Positions 1 to 10,515 of a stretch of DNA of 59,088 bases are shown here, one piece after another (within the stretch, counting starts at the first letter, position 1; every line of letters starts with the position of its first letter). This stretch comes from Fibrobacterales bacterium (lineage in GTDB: Bacteria > Fibrobacterota > Fibrobacteria > Fibrobacterales > JAOPTW01): NCBI GenBank assembly GCA_051532035.1, contig JAOPTW010000020.1, positions 1 through 59,088 on the forward strand. Direction: 5' to 3'. The translations under genes were made by a program, and so were the position numbers. The notes under the pieces are model-generated. The model saw only the letters and a program-made list of their open reading frames with translations, had not been told where the DNA came from and did not search any database.

Positions 1-2085
1 GATACCATCACAGTTTGTTGGGGCTCCATCCCATCTATTACCTACGGTATTACCATCATAATCATAAAAGTCCATTTCCATTGCAACCGTTGAGGGCGGG
101 ACAAAGTCATCTGCAAGACAAGAAAAATCAGAGGTGCTACATTCAATAATTCCACCGCAATCGGGATCATCACAGTCGATTAGACCATCTGAATCATTGT
201 CTGCACCATCCATACAAAGTGCTTGAGTATTTTCTTGCTGAGGGAGACACGCGGCCATACCAAAACACTCTGAGTCTTCACAATCACTATAAGAATCGTT
301 ATCATTGTCAATGCCATCAGTACAAAGTGTGATTGTGTTTTCAGCTTCTGGCATGCAGACAGAAATACCACTACAATCCATGTCGTCGCAATCTATTGAG
401 CCATCCTTATCGTTATCAACTTCATCGGTACACGCAGCATAGGTGTTTTCTCCATCGGGAAGACATGCTGAGATGCCACTGCAATCAAGGTCGTCACAAT
501 CGATATCTGAATCATTATCGTTGTCGAGGCCATCAGTACAACGGGCATAGGTGTTCTCACCTTCAGGAAGGCAAAATTCCATTGCGCTACAGTGTGGGTC
601 GGCGCAATCGGTTAACCCATCGTTGTCATTATCATAGTTGTCCTGGCAGAGTGTTGCAGTGTTCTCTTGTTGAGGGAGACACGCAGCAATAGCAGCACAT
701 TCGGTATCGAGGCAGTCAGTAGAACCATCAGTATCATTGTCAATACCATCAGTACAGAGAGCATTGGTGTTTTCAGCCTCAGGGAGGCAAACAGAGATTC
801 CACTACAGTCCATATCGTCACAGTCAATAGCATTGTCATCGTCATTGTCTATACCGTCTGTACAGGTTAGGTAGGTATTTTCTCCATCGGGGAGGCACGC
901 AGAGATGCCACTGCAATCCATGTCTTCACAATCTATTGCTTCATCATTATCATTATCTATCCCATCGGTACAGGTAGCAAAAGTATTTTCCCCCTCGGGT
1001 TTACAAAATTCCATTGCGCTACAGTGTGGGTCGGCACAATCGGTTAACCCATCGTTGTCATTATCATAGTTGTCCTGGCAGAGTGTTGCGGTGTTCTCTT
1101 GTTGAGGGAGACACGCAGCAATAGCAGCACATTCGGTATCGAGGCAGTCAGTAGAGCCATCAGTATCATTGTCAATACCATCAGTACAGAGAGCATTGGT
1201 GTTTTCAGCCTCAGGGAGGCAAACAGAGATTCCACTACAGTCCATATCGTCACAGTCAATAGCATTGTCATCGTCATTGTCTATACCATCTGTACAGGTT
1301 AGGTAGGTGTTTTCTCCATCAGGGAGGCATGCAGAAATGCCACTGCAATCCATGTCTTCACAATCTATTGCTTCATCATTATCATTATCTACCCCATCGG
1401 TACAGGTAGCAAAAGTGTTTTCCCCCTCAGGTTTGCAAAACTCCATTGCGCCACAGTTTGGGTCTTCACAGTCAATTAAGCCGTCGTAATCATTGTCGTA
1501 ATTATCTTGGCAGAGTTGGGCGGTATTTTCAATTGTTGGAAGACAGTGGGCTATTCCTTCACAATCGTTGTCTGCACAGTCAATATCTGAATCGTTGTCA
1601 TTGTCGATACCATCACTGCAGAGTACAGGAGTATTTTCGGTTCCAGCTGATATAACACAGTGGATAAAGCCTTCACAATCGCTATCGTCACAATCTACTA
1701 AGTTATCGCTGTCATTGTCAATGAAGTCACTACACAGAGCAAGGGTACTTTCAAAAACTTCAGAGGCAATACATTCATCATGACAATCAGAATCAGCGCA
1801 ATCAATTAATCCGTCGTTATCATTATCAATAGTGTCGGTACAATTGGTTTCAGGGAGACAAAATTCCATGAGTGAACAATCGCTGTCTGCACAATCAATG
1901 GCGTCATCATTGTCATTGTCCAATGAGTCACGGCAGGCTTCGATTGACGTCTCAGGTTCAAAATGAATTTTTAAGGTGATGTCAGACTTTTGTTCTAATC
2001 CTATATAATCATCAGTACTCGATATGCAGTTACTGAGTATTAACGTAAGTAAAAGTAATAGAGTGGTTATAAAATCCTGTTTCAT
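1..2085 (-). CDS. Lipoprotein with 17 Cys/Asp-rich putative Ca-binding repeats (partial; 3' end outside window)
   Basis: Translated by hand because the ORF track lacks it (no stop in window). ATG at 2085 gives MKQDFITTLLLLLTLILSNC (lipobox-like). Repeats of the form CxDxxDNDxDxxxDCxDxxC follow at about 36-aa spacing. The frame is still open at base 1 (...DFYDYDGNTVGNRWDGAPTNCDGI). Confidence 0.88.
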   Translation of the reverse strand, partial: MKQDFITTLLLLLTLILSNCISSTDDYIGLEQKSDITLKIHFEPETSIEACRDSLDNDNDDAIDCADSDCSLMEFCLPETNCTDTIDNDNDGLIDCADSDCHDECIASEVFESTLALCSDFIDNDSDNLVDCDDSDCEGFIHCVISAGTENTPVLCSDGIDNDNDSDIDCADNDCEGIAHCLPTIENTAQLCQDNYDNDYDGLIDCEDPNCGAMEFCKPEGENTFATCTDGVDNDNDEAIDCEDMDCSGISACLPDGENTYLTCTDGIDNDDDNAIDCDDMDCSGISVCLPEAENTNALCTDGIDNDTDGSTDCLDTECAAIAACLPQQENTATLCQDNYDNDNDGLTDCADPHCSAMEFCKPEGENTFATCTDGIDNDNDEAIDCEDMDCSGISACLPDGENTYLTCTDGIDNDDDNAIDCDDMDCSGISVCLPEAENTNALCTDGIDNDTDGSTDCLDTECAAIAACLPQQENTATLCQDNYDNDNDGLTDCADPHCSAMEFCLPEGENTYARCTDGLDNDNDSDIDCDDLDCSGISACLPDGENTYAACTDEVDNDKDGSIDCDDMDCSGISVCMPEAENTITLCTDGIDNDNDSYSDCEDSECFGMAACLPQQENTQALCMDGADNDSDGLIDCDDPDCGGIIECSTSDFSCLADDFVPPSTVAMEMDFYDYDGNTVGNRWDGAPTNCDGI
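572..1435. repeat. Near-identical 432-bp tandem duplication (572-1003 and 1004-1435) within the repeat lipoprotein
   Basis: caaaattccattgcg occurs at 572 and 1004, with a variant at 1436. The shadow ORFs 612-845/1044-1277 and 667-870/1099-1302 are near-identical and offset by 432 bp (4 x 108 bp). Confidence 0.95.
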
Positions 2086-2474
2086 CAAATCCCCCCAGAT
2101 TATCGAATGGTATTTTTTATGTGTTGCTGTTGCTATAATATATAACTCAAAGTGTCTTATGGACACTAATATATTGTATGATCACGTAAGTTTACATTGG
2201 TTTACAAAGGCTCAATGTGAAGAGAAGTGTAAAAGGGCTCACCTAACCTGAATAAACAACATTCCTTATTACCTATATGAGATACTGTAATAATCTGTTG
2301 AGGGGGGCTCGTTGGAATATTATTTGGATTCAGTGCCTTCTAGAGTGATTGTAATAATGATGTATATGTTTAAGCCTTAATAAAGAGTCATTATGCGGAC
2401 TTAAATGGTTTAATGTTGTAAAATTAAGTCATTAAATGTTGTAATTGCTGTTTTTTTTGGGTATATTCATTAAA

Positions 2475-2490
2475 GCCTTAAGATTAAGGC
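2475..2490. promoter_or_regulatory. Inverted repeat, candidate antitoxin operator
   Basis: GCCTTAA-GA-TTAAGGC lies 35 bp upstream of the XRE gene. A related half-site taagccttaa is at 2371. Confidence 0.45.
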
Positions 2491-2524
2491 CTACTGTGTC
2501 TTTTTTGCTAATAAGGCGTTAAAA

Positions 2525-2866
2525 ATGAATCATAATGAGTATTCTTATCAAGTGTCTGATGTGTTGAAAAAACTGGGTGATCGGGTGAAAACTAAGCGAC
2601 TACAGTTAAATATAACTCAGTTAGAATGTGCGGATAAAGCAGGGGTGAGTCGAAGGACCGTACAGGCTATTGAGGGCGGTGAGTCAATTTCTCTGGGAAA
2701 ATTTTTAGCACAATTAGAGGTCTTGCATATGCTTCCTGAATTTGACCGTGAAATTTCCGATGTGCTTATGAGTCCTCTTGAGCTTGCTAAACGAAAAGGT
2801 AAACAGAGAAAACGGTCTTCTAAAACGCGACAAGTAAATGACAATAATGAGATAGAACAATGGTAA
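2525..2866 (+). CDS. XRE-family HTH antitoxin (HipB-like)
   Basis: LGDRVKTKRLQLNITQLECADKAGVSRRTVQAIEGG is an HTH_3 pattern. The gene overlaps the start of the hipA-like gene. Confidence 0.85.
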   Translation: MNHNEYSYQVSDVLKKLGDRVKTKRLQLNITQLECADKAGVSRRTVQAIEGGESISLGKFLAQLEVLHMLPEFDREISDVLMSPLELAKRKGKQRKRSSKTRQVNDNNEIEQW

Positions 2867-4167
2867 AACGTGTTGATGTGGCTACAGTTTCGTTGTTTGG
2901 AGAGATGCTCGGGGCAATCGCGTGGGATGAAGGTAGAGAGTGCGGATTGTTTGAATATGATTCTAGTTTTTTAAAAAAAGGAATTTCTGTTTCACCTTAT
3001 TTTAAACAGGGTGAAGATGGGAGTATTGTATTAGAGAATACTCTTGATCCAGGAACATACAAAGGGCTTCCTGGATTCTTAGCTGACTCGTTGCCCGACG
3101 ATTTTGGCAATGCAGTTATTAATGCATGGTTGTCTCGTCAAGGAAGAAAAAAGAGCAGTTTCAGTCCAGTTGAGAGGTTGTGTTTTACAGGAATGAGAGG
3201 GATGGGGGCCTTAGAGTTTCAACCAGAGGTACAAAAGGCTTTTGATCGGTCAATGGATGTAGAAATCTCAGAACTCATTGAACTTTCTAATTCAGTATTG
3301 CAAAGTCGCAAAAACCTTGCAGTTAATATGGATATGAATGAAGATGATGCGCTGCGAGAAATAATTAGTGTTGGCACATCGGCAGGTGGCCAGCGCCCAA
3401 AAGCGGTACTTGCGATTCACCCTAACACAGGGCAGGTAAAGTCGGGGCAAGTTACTGCTCCCAAAGGGTTTGAGTATTGGCTTCTTAAATTTGATGGAGT
3501 GGGGAATACAGTACCTGGTGTTATTGCAGATCCTCAGGGCTATGGTAGAATTGAGTATGCATATTCACAGATGGCTCAGGCATGCGGCATTACAATGACT
3601 GATTGTAAAGTGTGGGAAGAAAATGGTCGTGCCCACTTTATGACAAAACGTTTTGATCGTTTTGAAAATGGGCAAAAACTCCATATGCTCACACTGTGTG
3701 GTATGGCTCATTTCGATTATCGTAAACCAGGGTATTACGGGTATGAACAGGCGTTTGATGTAATGCGTGAAATAAAGCTTCCCCATTCACAGGCGGAGCA
3801 ACTCTTTCGGAGAATGGTATTTAATGTGGTATCACGAAACCAAGATGATCATACAAAAAATATTTCATTTCTTATGGATGTAAATGGACGCTGGTCACTG
3901 TCACCTGCGTACGATGTTACGTATAGTTATAATCCGAATGGACAATGGACAAATAAGCATCAGATGACTATTAACGGTAAGAGAGACGGTTTTACGTTAA
4001 AAGATTTGATTACTGTAGGGAGAGGCATCCGTTTACAGGATTCTGAAAAGATTATCAGAGAGATTTGCGATGTTGTAGGTGAGTTTTCTTACATTGCCGA
4101 AAAGTGTGGAATTGATGCAAAAGTACACGATCAACTATCGAGTACTTTTCGGCTTGATATTGTATAG
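2860..4167 (+). CDS. hipA: HipA-family Ser/Thr kinase toxin
   Basis: Motifs include N-terminal LADSLPDDFGNAVI, G-loop SAGGQRPK, LLKFD, catalytic RNQDDHTKN and LSPAYDV. Confidence 0.92.
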   Translation: MVKRVDVATVSLFGEMLGAIAWDEGRECGLFEYDSSFLKKGISVSPYFKQGEDGSIVLENTLDPGTYKGLPGFLADSLPDDFGNAVINAWLSRQGRKKSSFSPVERLCFTGMRGMGALEFQPEVQKAFDRSMDVEISELIELSNSVLQSRKNLAVNMDMNEDDALREIISVGTSAGGQRPKAVLAIHPNTGQVKSGQVTAPKGFEYWLLKFDGVGNTVPGVIADPQGYGRIEYAYSQMAQACGITMTDCKVWEENGRAHFMTKRFDRFENGQKLHMLTLCGMAHFDYRKPGYYGYEQAFDVMREIKLPHSQAEQLFRRMVFNVVSRNQDDHTKNISFLMDVNGRWSLSPAYDVTYSYNPNGQWTNKHQMTINGKRDGFTLKDLITVGRGIRLQDSEKIIREICDVVGEFSYIAEKCGIDAKVHDQLSSTFRLDIV

Positions 4168-4302
4168 TAATGTCTTGACACTCTAATTTCTCAAAAATGA
4201 ATATTTAATTGAATACTTTATGTTAAAATTACATTTAAGCGTGTTTTTAGAATAGATTAAGCTATGGGGCATTACGCTGGTGAAGGTCAAGGGGACACTG
4301 TT

Positions 4303-5946
4303 ATGAATATATTGGTATTTTTATTTTTTTCTTTATTTCTAATTTCCTGTTCTGCTGACAAATCACCATTGGTACCGAGCAATTCATCTAATGAATCATC
4401 ACAAATAGAAACGAGTTCTTCAAGCGATGAAACTGCTCCTGATGGATCTGAGTACAAGAGTTCCGGTGATCTAGATCAATATTCTTCCTCAGAAGAAAAT
4501 TCAATTTCAGAATCGAGTTCATCCCAAAATAGATCTTCAAACAATGAAGCCATGGACTCTTCCAGCCTTCAAGAATCTTCGTCTTCAATGAGTACCTCAT
4601 CATCAAGTGCGTATATTGAACATGATTTTGATAGAATTGAAGCCGAGAATTTTAACGATCAACAAGGTGACATAGATAACAATTCTGATGTTATTAGGTA
4701 TTTTGGAACAGGAGATGTTGCCATTTATGAAGATGTTGATTTTGGCCCAGGAGCACGAAGTATCATATTTAATCTCGCACAAAGCTGGGGGGAGTCTGAT
4801 GGTACGGCAAAGGTGAAAGTATATATTGATGATTTAGAGAATGATCCTATTGGGGTTTTAGATGTCGCAGAGACAGATAATTGGAGTGACTTTCAAAATC
4901 AAATTATTGGAATAACTCCCACATCTGGTACTCATACACTCTACCTAGAGGCGATACATGCAACAGGTGCTGGTGACGTTGATTGGTTTCAACTCTCTAC
5001 CGACCCACTTCCCACTGCTCCTACAAAACCTTCGGGACTCACTCTTGTCGTAACAGGTCAAACAACTATTGAGGTGAGCTGGACCAGCCAATCAGATGAT
5101 GAAGAAGGGTTTAATATTTATTGGTCTACCGGTGATGCGCGCCCGAGTCAACCCAATGCTCAAGTAGATAAAAAGAGCACAGCTTATGAGATAACGGAGC
5201 TCTTTCATAGTACTCAATATACAGTGTGGGTGAGTGCATACAATACGCTTGTGGGTGACCCGATTAGTGAAAGTACTACTACAGAGCAAGGAGAAAGTTC
5301 GGGAACGATTACCGTAATGTCATTGAATTTGTATGCTCATAAAACACTACCGCAACATGCGGGGGATTATGCAGATCTCATTAATTCACGTGATGCAGAT
5401 GTCGTAGGCGTTCAAGAGGGAGTGGACGATTGGGAGCTTGGTATAGGGCCGGGTGAGATGCCTTGGAATTATGGCGCAGCAAATAATATTGGGAACGCTC
5501 TTGATGGGTGTTGGGAACAAAAATATCAGATCTTTATCAATACCTGCAAAGGTAACTCCTTTGTGAGTACGCATCGATTTGATTTAACGGATGGCCCTAA
5601 GGCAACACGAACAGGAGAAACAGCTATTATTAGTAAAAACGGGCAGCGCTATGCCTTTATTAATATTCATTGGGACCATCAATCGAATACTACCAAAGTG
5701 AAAAATTCTGACGAGACTGCAGCAGAAGCAAATCTCACCCCAGACATACCGACAATTGTTTTGGGTGATTTTAATTCTGGATGTACAGGCTCCGAAGTAC
5801 AGGGTCTCGTATCTAATGCGGGTATGACCTTATTAGGTGATGCAGGAATTGATTGCATTTTAGTAAGAGGGGCTTCGGGGACATCGGAAAGATTTAGTGG
5901 ATGGCCATCAGATCACCCTTCTTTAGATGCTACGTTGCAGTATTAA
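4303..5946 (+). CDS. Lipoprotein: Ser-rich linker, CBM6-like, FN3 and endonuclease/exonuclease/phosphatase (EEP) domains
   Basis: The preferred start at 4303 gives lipobox FLISC. CBM6-like motifs are RIEAENF and YEDVDFG. The FN3 region reads PSGLTL...IEVSW...Y.V.VSAYN. EEP motifs are VMSLNL, DVVGVQE, LGDFN, IDCI and SDH. Confidence 0.8.
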   Translation: MNILVFLFFSLFLISCSADKSPLVPSNSSNESSQIETSSSSDETAPDGSEYKSSGDLDQYSSSEENSISESSSSQNRSSNNEAMDSSSLQESSSSMSTSSSSAYIEHDFDRIEAENFNDQQGDIDNNSDVIRYFGTGDVAIYEDVDFGPGARSIIFNLAQSWGESDGTAKVKVYIDDLENDPIGVLDVAETDNWSDFQNQIIGITPTSGTHTLYLEAIHATGAGDVDWFQLSTDPLPTAPTKPSGLTLVVTGQTTIEVSWTSQSDDEEGFNIYWSTGDARPSQPNAQVDKKSTAYEITELFHSTQYTVWVSAYNTLVGDPISESTTTEQGESSGTITVMSLNLYAHKTLPQHAGDYADLINSRDADVVGVQEGVDDWELGIGPGEMPWNYGAANNIGNALDGCWEQKYQIFINTCKGNSFVSTHRFDLTDGPKATRTGETAIISKNGQRYAFINIHWDHQSNTTKVKNSDETAAEANLTPDIPTIVLGDFNSGCTGSEVQGLVSNAGMTLLGDAGIDCILVRGASGTSERFSGWPSDHPSLDATLQY

Positions 5947-6134
5947 TGGTCCCTTACTCAAAATCATAAACCCTAGTGGGTAAAAAAGTAAAATAAGTCA
6001 ACATTTTAGGCTAGACATCGTGATTTTTGAGCAGAACCTCCATACAAGTGGTACAATAACATATATTAAGTAAAACAAAAGTTTACATTCCGAGTTGCCT
6101 AATTGGGTGATTTATTCAGGAAATGGGGTAAAGT

Positions 6135-9100
6135 TTGTTAGGGACACGTTTTAAAGCGATACATAGAGCTTCTATTGTATTCAGTCTAATACTGATGCCG
6201 TTCCTCTATGCTGCGCCCATGACCGATACCCAGTCTATCAATGGGGTTACCTATGATATGCCCTGGTACGAAATCAAAAATGTTGCGGGTGATGCTACTA
6301 TCTTTCTTATTGATAAAGATGGTGATATGTATCTCGATGCAGATGCTATTGCGGTATCTTCGGCTATTACCGGTCCCTTTGCAAATAGCTTAATTATTCA
6401 AGACGCGGCAGATGAAATCTTTGTGATAAATGCGGCCAATGCCTATTTCAGTGGTAAGGTCTATCCTAATTTTGCAACACTCCCTACTATGGATGGTGAT
6501 GACATGGTCATTCAAAATGTTGCGGGTACTCCTGTAGCTATTTTTGATGGTGATGATAATTCGCTCTATCTATCGGGTAATGCAACGCATGATGCGGTAA
6601 CAGTAGAACCACGTAACGCTCTTGCATTTGCAGGGGCAACCAGGGCAGCAGGGTCGTATCCTGCGGGTACTCACGAACATATTGTGCTCCCCAGTATGGC
6701 CATTGATTTTTCAGCAGGGTTTACTTTTGAAGGGTGGTTCTATTTTGATGCACTGCAAAATTGGGCGCATCCTGTGAGTATGAGTGATGGTACCAATAGT
6801 TTTCAAATACTGCATCATAGTACGAATGCAACACTGAGATTTAATACGGTAAATTCAACGAGCTCAGAGTGGATTGAAGCAACGGGAATTATAGATCTCA
6901 ATAGCTGGATTCATATTGCGTATACGGTAACACCGACAGGTGGAGGTGTTGCAACGGGCCGGCTCTATAAAAATGGTCTACTTATTGATACTGATGCAGG
7001 GCAACGGTCCTTTCCCAATACTACCTGGACCACAGGAATGTTAGCTTGGGGGTCTGGAACTGATGGCAATATGTCCTTTGATGGCAAACTTGATGAATTC
7101 AGATTGTGGAATGATGTGCGTAGTCAGTCAGAAATACAAGCAGATATGTTTACGACTTATGGAACATTGGTAGATAACACGAACCTTGCGGCCTATTGGG
7201 ATTTTAATGATGTTCTGGGGTCGCAGCTTATTGATGCGCATAGTGGGAGCTTTCACGGTACCCTTCAGGATATGAATTCTGATGCATGGCAATCGACATT
7301 TGGCATGCACACCTTAACCGTATCGAATGGAGGTAATGGTTCAATATCGCCATCGGGAGCAACAACCGCAGCTGCAACTCAGGCCTATCCAATTACTGCA
7401 ACACCTGCTGCAGACTATGTATTTAATGGGTGGACAAAGCCAACGAATCCAGGGAACTGTGTGATTGCTGACGCTGCCTCTGCTTCTACAACGGTCACAC
7501 TTACCGGGGATGGTGAAGTGCAAGCCAATTTTATTCCTACACCAAACAACTGCCTCGATTTTCTGGGTGCGACCAATACCGCAGGAACCTATTCTGGCAA
7601 TGCCAATCAATATGTTGAAATCCCGAGTATAAACTTTCAGTCTACTGGATCGTATACTGTTGAAGCGTGGATAAAATGGGATGCACTTCAAAACAATGCA
7701 CGGCCATTAATCTTTAGAGAAACAAATGGTGGGGCAACAGAAAACGGTGGTGCTGATGGGTTTATTATACAGAGTGTCGGTGCGGGAACAACCTTACGGT
7801 TTGCTATATGTGAACAAAGTGGTACGTGTACCCAATTAGATGAGGCATCATTTATTACTACAGGGCAATGGACGCATGTTGCCTTTAGTACAGTGAGTGG
7901 TGGTACAACTACGTTGTATAAAAATGGTGCGCAAGTTGGGTCAAGTGGTGGTACCCAGGCATTTTCTGGTGATGGCGCGACAGCGTTTAATCGTATTGCT
8001 TCGGGTTCTATGGTTGCGAATGATGAATCGTTTGATGGGCAAATCGATCAAGTGAGAATTTGGACTGATATTCGTACTCTCACAGAAATTCAAAATGATA
8101 TGTTTAATGAATACAGTGATCTTGAAGCAAGTGATAACCTGTTGGCTTATTGGGATTTTAATAGTGTAAGCGGTGATACGTTATTTGAAAGTACTGATAC
8201 TTATGATGGGGTACTGACTGATATGGCTAATTCGGACTGGGTAAGCTCATATACGACATATACACTCACGTTAGCGGCAGGTGCGAATGGGTCAGTTTCA
8301 CCAAGTGGTGCTAAAACAGTTGGAGATGGGTGGGCTAAATCTATAACCGCGACACCTGGTGCGGGGTACGTTTTTCAATATTGGGCAAAAACTGCGGGGA
8401 GTGGTACGGTGGTATTTGGTGATGAAACAAGTGCATCCACTACCGTGACGGTGACTGGCGGCGATGCAACGGTCACAGCGTATTTTGATTATACCACTTG
8501 GGCAAATAATTCGACTATTATTTTAAATACAACCGAACAGTATGCAAATGTTACTAATACAAAGACTGATTTTCCAATATTGGTCCGTCTTACTTCAGGA
8601 AACTTTACTTTTGCAGATGCACGAGGGAATGGTGAAGATATCAGATTTACTACTGCAGCAGATGTACCGATAGACTATGAAATTGAACGGTGGGATAGTA
8701 CTAATGCACTCGCAGAAATTTGGGTGAATGTTCCATCAATTGCGGCAAATAGTACCACTGATATTAAAATGTTTTGGGGGCGCGCAGAGCCTGTCAGTGA
8801 AAGTGATGGTGAAGCGGTGTATCTTACAGCCAGTTCCTATCAAGGTGTTTGGCACTTAGGCGAAGAGGGCAACGCAGGAGTGGATGGGTTTAAAGATGCA
8901 ACATCAAATAATTATGATCTCTCGGGGAGTAATCTTGAAGCGACCGATGATGTAGAGGGTATTGTAGGGGAGGGAATCTCCTTTGATGGTGTTGATGAGT
9001 ATATCCAAAGAAATCATGTGCCGGTCTCTGCCTATCCGTTTACTTTTTCTGGGTGGGTTAAGTCTTCAAATTCTACTGATGGTTCTGGAATCGTATTTTT

Positions 9101-10409
9101 AGGTGATATTGATGTGACGAATGAATATTGTCAGCTTGTTGTAAATAGTGCGGGGTATGCAGATGCCCGTGCGAGAAATACCACTGCATATGTGACATTA
9201 TCATCAAGGACTGTCGATGATGGAAACTGGCATCACCTTGTCGCAGTATTTACCAATGCGACAACGCGTAAAATTTATGTTGATGGAATATTAGAAAATA
9301 CTGAGACCACAAGCGTGACAGTACCAGCCATTGACCGTGTTGCCATTGGACGACGAAGTTCGAGTAGCCCTACAAACTATATGAATGGTATTATTGATGA
9401 AGTGCAAATTGCAAATGCAGGCCGCGGGGCAGAGTATATAAAACTCGCTTTTGAGAATCAACGTGCAGAAAACTATTTGGTTAACCCTCGTACATCAAGA
9501 ACGCTCACTCTCGCTGCAGGAACAGGTGGTTCAGTAGCAAACTCTGGAGGCAATGCAGTCTATGATGATGCGGTATTTAGTATAAGTGCAACGGCGAGTG
9601 GTGGGTATGCATTTAATAACTGGACAAAAACTGCGGGTGCGGGTACTGCAACTATTATAGACGCAAATGCAGCGAGTACTACCGTTCGGATAACTGGGGG
9701 GGCTGTTACACTTCAAGCTAACTTTACTGCAACAACTCGAACCATAACAGTCACTAATGATGGCAATGGATCAAATGTTCCTACAGGTGGACAGACGGTA
9801 AATGATCTTCAAAACTTATCAATTAGGGCATCGCTCACTGTGGATAATATGGAATTTAATAATTGGACAGTTACGAGTGGTTCAGCAACCATTGCTGATG
9901 CAAATGCATTTTCTACAACGGTAAATGTTAATGGTGGTGATGCGACGGTGCGAGCTAACTATAAAACTATTGTGGGTAACTATGTTATGAAACCACGTCA
10001 TTCAACTAATAAATGTGCAGATGTTTCAGGTGGTGTTGGTAATCAGGGAGATGATATCCAGCAGTATGATTGTAATGGATCTAATGCTCAAACCTTTGCA
10101 GTGGAACATGTAACAGGGGATTGGCATGCGGTAAAAACTATTACTACATGGCGTGTTTGGGACAGGGTTGTCGGAGGTAATGGTTCAAATTTAAATCTTT
10201 GGGATTTTACAACAGGAGCCACTAATAGACAATGGAAATTTGTACCCGTAGGCACGGCGGCCGCAGATGAAGGCTACTATAGAATAGTATCACGTAGTGA
10301 TAATAGATGTGCTGATGTATCGGGCTATAGTTCTTCAAATGGCGCAACGATACACATGTGGGATTGTAACACTTCAGATAATCAGGAGTTTAAATTTGTG
10401 CGGCCATAG
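6135..10409 (+). CDS. Large secreted multidomain protein: 3 LamG/ConA-like domains, InlB-B-like repeats, DUF2341-like and C-terminal ricin-B lectin
   Basis: It has a signal peptide and LamG motifs (FTFEGW...W.H...FDGKLDEFRLW) three times. Further motifs are ITATP..GYVF..W repeats, DFPILVRL...GEDIRF...YEIERWD...IWV, and ricin-type CADVSG and NRQWKF. Confidence 0.8.
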   Translation: MLGTRFKAIHRASIVFSLILMPFLYAAPMTDTQSINGVTYDMPWYEIKNVAGDATIFLIDKDGDMYLDADAIAVSSAITGPFANSLIIQDAADEIFVINAANAYFSGKVYPNFATLPTMDGDDMVIQNVAGTPVAIFDGDDNSLYLSGNATHDAVTVEPRNALAFAGATRAAGSYPAGTHEHIVLPSMAIDFSAGFTFEGWFYFDALQNWAHPVSMSDGTNSFQILHHSTNATLRFNTVNSTSSEWIEATGIIDLNSWIHIAYTVTPTGGGVATGRLYKNGLLIDTDAGQRSFPNTTWTTGMLAWGSGTDGNMSFDGKLDEFRLWNDVRSQSEIQADMFTTYGTLVDNTNLAAYWDFNDVLGSQLIDAHSGSFHGTLQDMNSDAWQSTFGMHTLTVSNGGNGSISPSGATTAAATQAYPITATPAADYVFNGWTKPTNPGNCVIADAASASTTVTLTGDGEVQANFIPTPNNCLDFLGATNTAGTYSGNANQYVEIPSINFQSTGSYTVEAWIKWDALQNNARPLIFRETNGGATENGGADGFIIQSVGAGTTLRFAICEQSGTCTQLDEASFITTGQWTHVAFSTVSGGTTTLYKNGAQVGSSGGTQAFSGDGATAFNRIASGSMVANDESFDGQIDQVRIWTDIRTLTEIQNDMFNEYSDLEASDNLLAYWDFNSVSGDTLFESTDTYDGVLTDMANSDWVSSYTTYTLTLAAGANGSVSPSGAKTVGDGWAKSITATPGAGYVFQYWAKTAGSGTVVFGDETSASTTVTVTGGDATVTAYFDYTTWANNSTIILNTTEQYANVTNTKTDFPILVRLTSGNFTFADARGNGEDIRFTTAADVPIDYEIERWDSTNALAEIWVNVPSIAANSTTDIKMFWGRAEPVSESDGEAVYLTASSYQGVWHLGEEGNAGVDGFKDATSNNYDLSGSNLEATDDVEGIVGEGISFDGVDEYIQRNHVPVSAYPFTFSGWVKSSNSTDGSGIVFLGDIDVTNEYCQLVVNSAGYADARARNTTAYVTLSSRTVDDGNWHHLVAVFTNATTRKIYVDGILENTETTSVTVPAIDRVAIGRRSSSSPTNYMNGIIDEVQIANAGRGAEYIKLAFENQRAENYLVNPRTSRTLTLAAGTGGSVANSGGNAVYDDAVFSISATASGGYAFNNWTKTAGAGTATIIDANAASTTVRITGGAVTLQANFTATTRTITVTNDGNGSNVPTGGQTVNDLQNLSIRASLTVDNMEFNNWTVTSGSATIADANAFSTTVNVNGGDATVRANYKTIVGNYVMKPRHSTNKCADVSGGVGNQGDDIQQYDCNGSNAQTFAVEHVTGDWHAVKTITTWRVWDRVVGGNGSNLNLWDFTTGATNRQWKFVPVGTAAADEGYYRIVSRSDNRCADVSGYSSSNGATIHMWDCNTSDNQEFKFVRP

Positions 10410-10515
10410 ACGCTTGCCAGGTGCTCCTTGCATATTCCTCTAAAGAAAACTACATTTGTCTCACTCTGGATTTTCTATCCAGTCACCTATTTTCCAATAT
10501 CACAGAGGCAGTAAG

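Noticed and set aside
180..1783. Short ORFs on both strands, including duplicated 77-aa and 67-aa ORFs
   Set aside because: They are off-frame or antisense shadows of the long minus-strand repeat lipoprotein.
150..1950. Regular ~108-bp periodicity as a possible CRISPR array
   Set aside because: The units are protein-coding with codon-wise variation. There is no constant repeat/unique spacer structure and no cas genes.
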